The notes beneath the pieces were generated by a model that searched no databases, was not told where the DNA came from, and worked only from the letters and a program-made list of their open reading frames with translations. Of a stretch of 59,024 nt of DNA, positions 41,423-50,207 are shown in pieces; the first letter of the stretch is position 1; each line of letters begins with the position of its first letter. Made by a program: the position numbers and the translations under genes. Source of the DNA: Alphaproteobacteria bacterium (GTDB lineage Bacteria > Pseudomonadota > Alphaproteobacteria > Micavibrionales > CSBR16-224). The stretch covers positions 1 through 59,024 of the forward strand of contig JAJFGX010000089.1 of NCBI GenBank assembly GCA_021775895.1. Direction: 5' to 3'.

Positions 41423-43180
41423 ATGATTGCAAAAGCAAAAGCATTTATGCGTAAGAATCTATGGTTAATAATATCACTTAAGGTTGTTAAGTATCTTATT
41501 GTTTTATATTTTGTTTTTTATCCGTCGGACAGCAAGGCGACTGTAGATCCCCCTACAATGGCTATTGCCATGCATGGCTCTCCAAAATATGCCCATGACT
41601 TCACCCATCTTGAATATGCTAATATAAATGCACCTAAAGGTGGGGAGCTTCATCAAGCTGTTAACGGTCACTTTGACACTCTAAACAATCATATTATCAT
41701 GGGAAGTCCTGCCAAAGGCTTGGCTTTGACCAATGACCGTCTAATGGCTCGTGTTTGGGACGAGCCTTTCAGCCTATATGGATTAGTCGCAGAAAATATT
41801 GATGTTGCAACAGATAGATCATGGATTATTTTCCATCTAAACCCTAAAGCAAAATTTCATGATGGACAGCCAATCACTACTGATGACGTTATTTTCAGTT
41901 ACGAAGCCTATAAAAAACATGGTCACCCTGTACGCAGACGTGTTTATAGTTTAGTGGATAAAGTCTCCACACCTTTTAAAGGGAGTGTGCAATTTGACTT
42001 TGGTGAAGGATATGATGCAGAGACTGCCCTTATCCTAGCCATCATGCCAGTTCTACCAAAACATTATTGGACTGCCGAAGGTCGAGATATTTCAAAGACT
42101 ACGCTAACACCACCACTAGGTAGCGGGCCTTACAAAATAGAAGACATCGATGCAGGGCATAGTATTACCTATAGCCGAGTTCCAGATTACTGGGCTAAAG
42201 ACTTAGCTGTAAATAAGGGGCATTATAATTTTGATAAACTTAAATATAGCTATTATCGTGATGATAGCATCGCATTTGAAGCATTTAAAGCTGGAGAATA
42301 CAACCTACGCAGAGAAACCGATATACGAAAATGGAAGACTGGATATAATATTAAGCCAGTGACCTCTGGTAAAATTAAATTATCCACGCTAAATCACGAT
42401 AGACCTGACGCTGTAAAATCTTTGGTTTTCAATACAAGAGAAGATATTTTTGCAGATAAAAACATAAGGCAAGCAATGTCATTAATGTTTGATTTTGACT
42501 GGATAAATAAAAATATGTTCTATAGTTCATACAAACGAATTGATAGCTTTTTTCCAAATTCTGAACTTGCCAACCCACAGCCCAAAGAAAGCCAACAAAG
42601 CACCAGAGAAAAAACTCGTAAAGCTTTGAAATTATTTGAAACTGCTGGCTGGGCAATAAAAAATAAACAAATGACTAATAAAGCAACGGGATTAGTATTT
42701 AATTTTGAAATACTTCTACAAACAGCTGAAGAAAAGAAAATTGCCCTGTCTTTCGCTCGTAGCTTAGAACGCATAGGAATTAATGCTAAAGTAAGACAAG
42801 TTGAAAGCGCTCAATACCAAGGAAGGCTTGATGATTTTGACTATGATATGGTATTTTTTACTTGGATTAACTCACTCTCTCCGGGTAATGAACAAATGAA
42901 TTATTGGGGAAGCCTCGCTGCTGACACAAACGGTAGTCGTAATTATGCTGGAGTAAAAGATAAACTAATTGATAAATTGGCTAATGACATTGCAAAATCA
43001 AATTCAAGAGAAGAATTAGTCGAAAGAACTCATAAATTGGATAGTGCTTTATTATCAGGACACTACGCAATTCCTTTATACTATCTTGGTAAGGACTTAA
43101 TAGCTCATAGTTCTGATATAAAGGCTCCAGATAATACTCCAATATACGGCAGTGTTATTGAAACATGGTGGAAAGAATAA
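41423..43180 (+). CDS. yejA: YejA-like peptide ABC transporter substrate-binding protein
   Basis: AIAMHGSPKY, APKGG, YGLVAE, GSGPY, SPGNEQ..WGS. Confidence 0.82.
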   Translation: MIAKAKAFMRKNLWLIISLKVVKYLIVLYFVFYPSDSKATVDPPTMAIAMHGSPKYAHDFTHLEYANINAPKGGELHQAVNGHFDTLNNHIIMGSPAKGLALTNDRLMARVWDEPFSLYGLVAENIDVATDRSWIIFHLNPKAKFHDGQPITTDDVIFSYEAYKKHGHPVRRRVYSLVDKVSTPFKGSVQFDFGEGYDAETALILAIMPVLPKHYWTAEGRDISKTTLTPPLGSGPYKIEDIDAGHSITYSRVPDYWAKDLAVNKGHYNFDKLKYSYYRDDSIAFEAFKAGEYNLRRETDIRKWKTGYNIKPVTSGKIKLSTLNHDRPDAVKSLVFNTREDIFADKNIRQAMSLMFDFDWINKNMFYSSYKRIDSFFPNSELANPQPKESQQSTREKTRKALKLFETAGWAIKNKQMTNKATGLVFNFEILLQTAEEKKIALSFARSLERIGINAKVRQVESAQYQGRLDDFDYDMVFFTWINSLSPGNEQMNYWGSLAADTNGSRNYAGVKDKLIDKLANDIAKSNSREELVERTHKLDSALLSGHYAIPLYYLGKDLIAHSSDIKAPDNTPIYGSVIETWWKE

Positions 43181-43287
43181 AAATAAAGAATATTTCTCAA
43201 TTAATACTTGGAGTTTTTATTTGCTATGCTACAATATAATAGACATTATTTATGATTAATTCCAAATTTAAGTAAGGGGCAGTTAAA

Positions 43288-43839
43288 GTGAAAAAATTAA
43301 AACAAATAGGTATTACAACAGGAGTATGTCTTGTAGCAGTTACTCTTATATCTGGTTGCACTCCAAAATCTAAAAGAATGGCAGATGCCTATTGGCAACG
43401 TATAGAATCTCATTCTGCCTTATACTTAACAGGGCCAAAAGCTCAACAACAGCTTGAGCAAAATATTTCTGGTTGTGTACGTGTAGTTGACGAATTAGTT
43501 GAGCTTGAAGCTCTGCGTGAGACTACTCCTCCTGATACACATAGCTCATATCACCATGCTTTAGAAAAATCAGGTGATCTTGATTATTTTGAAACACCAG
43601 CACGCTTTAAAGACTTGCTAGTTGATCACAGCGATTTCCACGATTTTGAAAGCTGTATGCGTCATGAAGGCTGGGAGCGTGTGATAAATGTTAGATATCA
43701 ACAAGCTGACAAGGCAACTCACACACGTAAAGTAACCAAAGCAATTCGTAAATATGGTATTACAAACGTGAATGAAGCTGAACGTCGCCTTGACGAGGAA
43801 AACAACCCAACAAAAGGTGATTTTGACGATCTAAATTAA
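43288..43839 (+). CDS. Hypothetical lipoprotein
   Basis: GTG start, ISGC lipobox, Cys pair. Confidence 0.75.
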   Translation: MKKLKQIGITTGVCLVAVTLISGCTPKSKRMADAYWQRIESHSALYLTGPKAQQQLEQNISGCVRVVDELVELEALRETTPPDTHSSYHHALEKSGDLDYFETPARFKDLLVDHSDFHDFESCMRHEGWERVINVRYQQADKATHTRKVTKAIRKYGITNVNEAERRLDEENNPTKGDFDDLN

Positions 43840-43986
43840 TTACAATGTAATTATGAATAGAAACCACTCAAAGAACTTTATTAAGTGTTAGCTCCATAGT
43901 AAATATTGCAACCACTCTATTTACGATCTTGGGATGATTGTTGTAAAGATATAGGCATAAAAAAATAATGGACAGAAGGAAGAATT

Positions 43987-44364
43987 ATGAAATTACTTAA
44001 CAGTTTGCTTGTTTTGATATGCCTAATAGTTATATTGCCTTCAATTGCACAAGCTGAAAAATATGAATGCAAATATCCCTCATATAGCAATATTAATGGC
44101 AACCATAAAGATGATAATTTTAAACTTTTATTTTTAATCGAAGAGAATGAAGAAAAAGCATATATAATAGGAAATTTACAGAAAGTAGAGGTTTTAAAAA
44201 TAGACCGTGGAATGGGGATATCTATTATTGAAATAACCGCATTAGGAAATATAATGACAACGGTTATCAGCAAAGATATGAAATCTGTTCATAGTAGAAA
44301 TACAATTGGACCGATGGGGAATTTGATACCTTCACAATACTATGGTTCATGTACAAAAGAGTGA
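43987..44364 (+). CDS. Hypothetical secreted beta-rich protein
   Basis: Signal peptide (AQA|E), N- and C-terminal Cys (YEC..YYGSC). Confidence 0.75.
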   Translation: MKLLNSLLVLICLIVILPSIAQAEKYECKYPSYSNINGNHKDDNFKLLFLIEENEEKAYIIGNLQKVEVLKIDRGMGISIIEITALGNIMTTVISKDMKSVHSRNTIGPMGNLIPSQYYGSCTKE

Positions 44365-44555
44365 ACCTCTGCGGGGCTTACCCCTTGGTTTTTATGTGCC
44401 TATAAAACGTGACTTATATGGAAGTGACAATCCATTATTTTTCACTCTTCTCCAAGAGAATAAAGTTATAGGTCAAGTAAAAAATGCATTGATTGTAAAA
44501 ACAATGCTCTAAAATTTTTCGTAATAAAACAAAACTAACATTAATTTTCTGTTTC

Positions 44556-44644
44556 GTCATTGCGAGAAATAAAGTGACGACGCAATCTAGTTATATCTAT
44601 GATTCTGGATTGCCACGTCAAGCTAACGCCCTCCTCGCAATGAC
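44556..44644. repeat. RPE/REP-like palindromic element, copy 1
   Basis: GTCATTGCGAG..GCAATCTAG..CTGGATTGC..CTCGCAATGAC. Confidence 0.85.
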
Positions 44645-44712
44645 TAGGCAAAGACAAAGTGGGAAATCCTTTTAAGAAAAAGTTTAACAAATAAAAAACA
44701 GAGCTATAAACC

Positions 44713-44811
44713 GTCATTGCGAGCGTAGCGAAGCAATCTAGTTTTATGTCCCAATTTTCATGCTTACGACTCTAGATTGCCACGTCGAGATAAAGCCCTC
44801 CTCGCAATGAC
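44713..44811. repeat. RPE/REP-like palindromic element, copy 2
   Basis: GTCATTGCGAG..GCAATCTAG..CTAGATTGC..CTCGCAATGAC. Confidence 0.85.
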
Positions 44812-44823
44812 AAAACAAAGTAT

Positions 44824-45882
44824 TTATATATCTGTCAGCAAGTCTACATCTCTTTTCGGGGCATTACCAAGCCCTAAATGCTGATAGCCTTTATCTGAAA
44901 CCATACGACCTCTGGGAGTCCTCTGCACAAAGCCTTGTTGCAATAAATAAGGTTCAATTACCTCTTCCAGCACATCTCGCTGTTCTGACAACGCCGCCGA
45001 TAAAGTATCAATACCAACAGGCCCTCCGCCATAATTCTCAATTATACAAGACATATAGCGTCTATCCATACTATCAAGTCCTTTATCATCAACATCCATT
45101 CGGCGTAGAGCTTTATCTGCAATAACCGCATCAACAGTATTTTGTTTATCGGTTACATGAGCAAAGTCACGCACTCGCCTTGTTAAACGCACAGCAATTC
45201 TTGGCGTGCCTCTTGAGCGTTTAGCAATTTCATATGCCCCTTCTTCTGTAATCTCAAGATTTAACAATTTTGCATTACGCTCAACAATCTTAGATAAATC
45301 ATTAGGAGTGTAAAAGCTCAAACGCAATGGAATACCAAAACGCTCACGCAATGGGGTCGTTAGAAGCCCTGATCTAGTCGTTGCTGCAACCAGAGTAAAT
45401 GGCGGTAAATCAATGCGTACTGTTCTTGCTGCTGGCCCCTCGCCGATTACAAGATCCAAATGCCCATCTTCCATGGCTGGGTATAGAATTTCTTCAATTG
45501 CAGGTGAAAGCCTATGGATTTCATCAATAAATAAAACATCATGTGGCTGTAAGTTAGTCAGAATTGCCGCCAAATCTCCGGATTTATTAATTACTGGCCC
45601 TGCTGTTCCTCTAAACCCTACACCAAGCTCCCGACTAATGATTTGTGCAAGCGTAGTCTTACCTAAACCCGGAGGGCCAAAAAATAGAACATGATCCATT
45701 GACTCGCTACGCTGTTTTGCCGCTTCAATAAATATCTGCAAATTCTGCCTTAAATCATCTTGACCAATAAACTCATTAATAGATAAGGGACGATTTGCCA
45801 TACCAGAACTTGCGACATGTTCTGATTCAATATCCTCTAATATCTGATGAGGAGTAATATCTCGTTCTATTTCAATTGGCAT
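44824..45882 (-). CDS. ruvB: Holliday junction helicase RuvB
   Basis: [26 protein letters not shown]. Confidence 0.98.
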   Translation of the reverse strand: MPIEIERDITPHQILEDIESEHVASSGMANRPLSINEFIGQDDLRQNLQIFIEAAKQRSESMDHVLFFGPPGLGKTTLAQIISRELGVGFRGTAGPVINKSGDLAAILTNLQPHDVLFIDEIHRLSPAIEEILYPAMEDGHLDLVIGEGPAARTVRIDLPPFTLVAATTRSGLLTTPLRERFGIPLRLSFYTPNDLSKIVERNAKLLNLEITEEGAYEIAKRSRGTPRIAVRLTRRVRDFAHVTDKQNTVDAVIADKALRRMDVDDKGLDSMDRRYMSCIIENYGGGPVGIDTLSAALSEQRDVLEEVIEPYLLQQGFVQRTPRGRMVSDKGYQHLGLGNAPKRDVDLLTDI

Positions 45883-45905
45883 ATTTTATCCTATTTTATC
45901 TATAT

Positions 45906-46532
45906 CTACGCTGTGCTAAGTGATTTTAAGCTATGCTGTATAAGCTGTTCAATACTAGGGTTATCACCTATTTCTTTAGTTGCCTCACCAACAGCACTAA
46001 ATGCTTCCGTCCGTCCATAACCCAAATTAATCAGAGCAGAAATAGCATCTCCATTATTACTGTTACTAGCAATCGTAGTGTTTACCGCATTAGTTCCTTT
46101 TGGAGATAATTTAGCATTACCTAATTCAAGTTTTGCAACTTTATCTTTTAGCTCTGTCACAATACGTGTCGCAAGCTTTGGCCCTACGCCTTCTGCCCTA
46201 GTAAACACTGCTTTATCTTGAGCTGCAATCGCAATTATTAATTGCTCTGCTGGAGCTACCGACAAAATAGCAAGACAAACCTTAGCCCCCACTCCCTGCA
46301 CTGTACACAAACGTTTAAACCAGTCTTTTTCTTCCTGATCAATAAAACCAAACAAGCTTATTTGATCTTCACGAACATGAGTATCAATCAATAATTGAGT
46401 ATATTCTCCAATTTGACCCACCCTAGATAAAGTAGAAGTCGAGGCTGAAACAAGATAGCCGACTCCATTAACATCAAGAATAAGCTCTTTAATACCTATA
46501 TGTACAATGTTTCCGCTTAACTGTGCTATCAT
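45906..46532 (-). CDS. ruvA: Holliday junction protein RuvA
   Basis: DVNGVGY, HVRED, VQGVGAK, ELKDK, ALINLGY. Confidence 0.97.
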   Translation of the reverse strand: MIAQLSGNIVHIGIKELILDVNGVGYLVSASTSTLSRVGQIGEYTQLLIDTHVREDQISLFGFIDQEEKDWFKRLCTVQGVGAKVCLAILSVAPAEQLIIAIAAQDKAVFTRAEGVGPKLATRIVTELKDKVAKLELGNAKLSPKGTNAVNTTIASNSNNGDAISALINLGYGRTEAFSAVGEATKEIGDNPSIEQLIQHSLKSLSTA

Positions 46533-47029
46533 CTAACCATAGCCTCCTTTATTATTTTATTTGTACCAAAGTGTTGTGCATGACAAATTGCAACTGCCAA
46601 GGCATCTGCCTCATCAGCTGAATTAAGCTCAACTTTTGGCAATAGAGTTTTTACCATCATTTGAATTTGCTCTTTTTTTGCATGACCTGCACCAACCAGT
46701 GTTTTTTTTACTAAGTTAGCTGAATATTCCTCCAATGGAATTTGATAATGCGCAGGAACCGTAAATGCTGCGCCCCTTGCCATACCAAGCTTTAAGGTTG
46801 ATGCTGGGTTTTTATTCACAAATATCTCTTCAATTGCTACTTGATCAGGTAAATACTGCTCACAAACAGCCATCAAACCACGTTGAATAGTAAATAAACG
46901 CATCGACATATCAAGTTTAACATCTGGAGATATAGTGCCTTGTGCTATATGTGATAAACGACCATCTTGAGAAAAAATAATTCCCCAGCCAGTATGTCGT
47001 AACCCTGGATCTATACCAAGAATTTTCAT
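46529..47029 (-). CDS. ruvC: Crossover junction endonuclease RuvC
   Basis: MKILGIDPG, LGMARG, DEADALAVAICH. Confidence 0.97.
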   Translation of the reverse strand: MKILGIDPGLRHTGWGIIFSQDGRLSHIAQGTISPDVKLDMSMRLFTIQRGLMAVCEQYLPDQVAIEEIFVNKNPASTLKLGMARGAAFTVPAHYQIPLEEYSANLVKKTLVGAGHAKKEQIQMMVKTLLPKVELNSADEADALAVAICHAQHFGTNKIIKEAMVR

Positions 47030-47182
47030 TTGATCTAATTTCCTTATTAAAAACAAACAGTAAATATAAGAACCATCTATAAAAATAGCAGAGGGCTGTA
47101 TTTTCTACAATACATATATTATAAATGCTTCCAGAGATAACCAGTGAATGTGCAAGCTATATTGATAAAACCGCCCACAGCC

Positions 47183-47212
47183 CTTGACATAATCTAACGA
47201 ATCATGTATAGT
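47183..47212 (+). promoter_or_regulatory. sigma70 promoter with shared extended motif
   Basis: CTTGACA-17-TATAGT (CTTGACATAATCTAACGAATCATGTATAG). Confidence 0.7.
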
Positions 47213-47250
47213 TAATAACATAAATATTAAATTATAAATGGAGAAATTAA

Positions 47251-47514
47251 ATGCATAGAAAACTGGTTAAAATAGGAGTTGCTTTGACAGCTATATTTTC
47301 TATAAATGTTGGAGATGTGACAAAATCTGAGGCACTCGGTATCAATAGGCGATCAAATAAAAATAACACTAGCCTAATGCTAGATTGTGGTGACGTAGAT
47401 GATATTACAGCAGAAAGAAATAAAGCAATACAAATAGAAATGAGCAGAAAAAGCAAAGGCTCTGCAATGACTAAACCACCAAAGCAAAAAAAAGCTATTG
47501 AGGGGCTGAAATAA
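47251..47514 (+). CDS. Small basic hypothetical protein with N-terminal hydrophobic segment
   Basis: GGAG RBS, own promoter, tail KPPKQKKAIEGLK. Confidence 0.65.
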   Translation: MHRKLVKIGVALTAIFSINVGDVTKSEALGINRRSNKNNTSLMLDCGDVDDITAERNKAIQIEMSRKSKGSAMTKPPKQKKAIEGLK

Positions 47515-48217
47515 CAGTGTTTCTTAGAGCTTCAACAAATTCTATATTCTTTTCGAAAGTCTTAGATTCTGTGCTAAGACCAGATGCTTGACGTAACATT
47601 TCAATCGACTTATCAAAATGTCCTTGCTCTGCCAAAGAGAGTGCTAAATTATTCATCACTAATGATGGATCTCCAATCCATGATGAAAGAGCCTCACGAT
47701 AACTAATTTCTGCTTCCTCATATTTACCTGAAGCTGACAAAACAACCCCTCGTAAATTATGAGCCTCTGGAAGATATATCTTATTTTTTGGGTTCTTTGA
47801 TTCTATAATACGTTCAATTGCATGACTAGCATGTAAAAAATGTCCCAGCTCAATATTAACTGTTGCATACTCCAACAAAACTTCTGTATCAACATTAATT
47901 TTTCTACTTGCCAATGGAGACAATATTGTTACAGCTTGCTTTGGGTGACCTGCCTTACGTAAAGCTTCAGCATATTTTACAGCAATTTTTTGCTCTCCGC
48001 TATTACGAGCATATAAACGCTCATACAATGCCATAGCCTCTTTAGCATTTTCACGTGTAATATGTTGCCTTGAATCTACAGCCTCACTATAACGTGAACT
48101 TTCCCCATCTCCAGAATAGTGACCATTAACATGACAACCAGACAACATCAATAATCCTAAACAACAAATGCCAACATTAAGTGTTTTTCTTATTTTAAAA
48201 AATCTTTGATAATCCAT
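47495..48217 (-). CDS. TPR lipoprotein, TadD-like pilus assembly factor
   Basis: LSGC lipobox, TPRs (AHNLRGVVL, VMNNLALSL); start moved to MDYQ. Confidence 0.75.
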   Translation of the reverse strand: MDYQRFFKIRKTLNVGICCLGLLMLSGCHVNGHYSGDGESSRYSEAVDSRQHITRENAKEAMALYERLYARNSGEQKIAVKYAEALRKAGHPKQAVTILSPLASRKINVDTEVLLEYATVNIELGHFLHASHAIERIIESKNPKNKIYLPEAHNLRGVVLSASGKYEEAEISYREALSSWIGDPSLVMNNLALSLAEQGHFDKSIEMLRQASGLSTESKTFEKNIEFVEALRNTVISAPQ

Positions 48218-48221
48218 GGCT

Positions 48222-48761
48222 CTATTCCTCCCCACCTTCTTCTTCAAAAGACACTCCAGATGTAGGAACTCGACTAGATACACCTCCACTTTCTGAATCA
48301 GGCGATGCTGTAAAAACCTGATGACAACCATCAGGACAGAAGTATACAGAGCTTGGGACACAGTCATCTACCGCATCTGTACAAACTCGTTGAATTCGCA
48401 CATATTTATTCTTACGTTCCGACACAACAATATCTCGTTTAATTATTGGCCTACCATCTTTATCTAAAACGGTAAAAGAAGTTGCACCTGGTGTTCCTGG
48501 AACAATAACAACAATCTGTGGTGTATCCAAAAAGACACTTGCATGAACTGGGTTGGCAATAACCACGCTACTAGCATTTTTATTAAGGTGTATTATTTTT
48601 GATTCATTCGGAGTTAAGTTAATAATTGTATTTTGCATCGATGAGCTAAAATTTCTAGTTTGAGCAAACCCCAAACCAGAATAGCTAGTTACAACTGCAA
48701 ATAAGAACATAAATAGAAATAATCCACTCAAGAAAAAGTGCTTCACATATTTTTTCATCAT
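48222..48761 (-). CDS. Pilus assembly protein with CpaC/RcpA N-terminal-like domain
   Basis: Signal peptide, ASSVVIANPVHA, PGATSFTVLDKDG, Cys-rich C-terminus. Confidence 0.75.
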   Translation of the reverse strand: MMKKYVKHFFLSGLFLFMFLFAVVTSYSGLGFAQTRNFSSSMQNTIINLTPNESKIIHLNKNASSVVIANPVHASVFLDTPQIVVIVPGTPGATSFTVLDKDGRPIIKRDIVVSERKNKYVRIQRVCTDAVDDCVPSSVYFCPDGCHQVFTASPDSESGGVSSRVPTSGVSFEEEGGEE

Positions 48762-48812
48762 TAATCTCCAATAGAATTAAGAGAGAACTCTCTTACCTCT
48801 GAATAATGACAC

Positions 48813-48855
48813 AAAAAAACCCTGCCCGTCAAGTGAACTAGGCAAGGCTTTTTTT
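48813..48855 (-). terminator. Intrinsic terminator
   Basis: Minus strand GCCTTGCCT..GGGCAGGGT then T run, downstream of small lipoprotein. Confidence 0.65.
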
Positions 48856-48869
48856 AAAACTTAATAAAA

Positions 48870-49070
48870 CTATTTACGCAATGAGCCATTAAATGTTTTA
48901 TCAGCAGATCTACTTCTGCGATGCTTGACAGTTTTGCCACTATCTGATTCCATAATTACGCCATCACCAGCAGTACGACCAGCTGACATTGGTGTCCAAT
49001 TATCGCTTGTTGCACAGCCAGATACCGCCATTGCTGATACCAAACACACTACAGTTAAAAACTTTTTCAT
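48870..49070 (-). CDS. Small lipoprotein
   Basis: MKKFLTVVCLVSAMAVSGC lipobox; AAAGG RBS; own terminator. Confidence 0.8.
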   Translation of the reverse strand: MKKFLTVVCLVSAMAVSGCATSDNWTPMSAGRTAGDGVIMESDSGKTVKHRRSRSADKTFNGSLRK

Positions 49071-49246
49071 TATTATATTTCCTTTCATGATTGTTTCTTA
49101 AATTTTAGACTAGAAAAACAGAGCTATTACCGTTGTAATTAAAGAGATACTACAGAATACTATTAAAGTCTACACAGAAAACGAAGAAAAGCAAAACCTA
49201 ATTTTTACAATAAAAACAACAAACTATAAAAAAAATACATAAACTG

Positions 49247-49276
49247 CTTGACATAAGAGTAAGAATCGTGTAAAAA
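49247..49276 (+). promoter_or_regulatory. sigma70 promoter with shared extended motif
   Basis: CTTGACA-17-TAAAAA (CTTGACATAAGAGTAAGAATCGTGTAAAA). Confidence 0.6.
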
Positions 49277-49333
49277 TGCATGTATGAGTTAATAATAACA
49301 AAAACAGCAACTAAATGAATAGAGAGTAAAAAA

Positions 49334-50197
49334 ATGTCACAAAAACAGTCCCCTTACGAAATTCTTGGCGTTGAACGCAAAGCTGATGCAAAAACCATTA
49401 AAAGAGCATACAAAGTAGCAATGTCAAAATACCACCCAGATAAAGCAATGGCTCTTGTTGAAGAAAAAGGAACTCAAGGCACTCCAGAAGGTGATGCTGT
49501 AATTAATGAAGCTAGAGAGAACTCTTCTGCTGTAAATGTTGCTTATGATATTTTATCAGATGATGAAAAACGTCAAGTATACGATCAATATGGCTATGAT
49601 GGATTAGAATCATTAGCTGAAGGTAACGACCCTGCAGCATCTGGTGGTCGCAGAGGTGAATATACAGCCAGTGACTATGAAAGAGCAGAGGCTACATTTG
49701 GTGGAAATAAAGGCCCTATGCATGGCATGAGTGCCGAAGAGGTTATGGCTGATAACGCTGACGATCTATTTGATCTAGAAAATGATACTGATGGTGTCTT
49801 AGAAAATGCAAGAACAGACACAACAGACGCCTTACCAACCTTAGAGCAACTTATTGCGGAACAAAATGGTCAGAAAAGCGAACCAAAAACAGAAAAAACC
49901 CCTGACGAGAGTAATGGTGGTGGGTTTGATTTCGGTAGTGCAATTAATGGAATTTTTAACACAGCAAAAACAACGGCTACAAAGGCCGCAGAGACAGCTC
50001 AAGGAATGATGTCCAATGATAATTCAGAACTAGCATCTAGGCTTCAAAATGTTATTATCTCACTTGCGAATTCAGAAGGACAACAAGAACCTGATCTATT
50101 AGAAGCTATGCTAATTGAACTTGATGATATTAAAACAAATATTGAAGGTAGTAATAAGAAGCAAGATCTAAAAAATAGATTTGGTAGCAAACCTTAG
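49334..50197 (+). CDS. Atypical J-domain (DnaJ-like) protein
   Basis: PYEILGV..IKRAY..YHPDK..AYDILSDDEKRQVYDQYG; no Zn finger or CTD. Confidence 0.88.
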   Translation: MSQKQSPYEILGVERKADAKTIKRAYKVAMSKYHPDKAMALVEEKGTQGTPEGDAVINEARENSSAVNVAYDILSDDEKRQVYDQYGYDGLESLAEGNDPAASGGRRGEYTASDYERAEATFGGNKGPMHGMSAEEVMADNADDLFDLENDTDGVLENARTDTTDALPTLEQLIAEQNGQKSEPKTEKTPDESNGGGFDFGSAINGIFNTAKTTATKAAETAQGMMSNDNSELASRLQNVIISLANSEGQQEPDLLEAMLIELDDIKTNIEGSNKKQDLKNRFGSKP

Positions 50198-50207
50198 GGT
50201 CAGAACC

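Noticed and set aside
33069-44690. Other TTAA pairs as CtrA boxes (about 33069, 40305, 43256, 44672)
   Set aside because: N8 spacing or mismatches; expected by chance in AT-rich DNA
44556-44811. Possible CRISPR array or integron attC sites
   Set aside because: Only two long palindromic copies, no regular repeat-spacer pattern, no cas or intI gene
16267-48367. Long N-terminal extensions in the ORF track (16267, 21687, 24591, 25642, 35193, 40328, 48367)
   Set aside because: They overlap neighbouring genes or promoters; downstream ATGs fit RBS and family N-termini better
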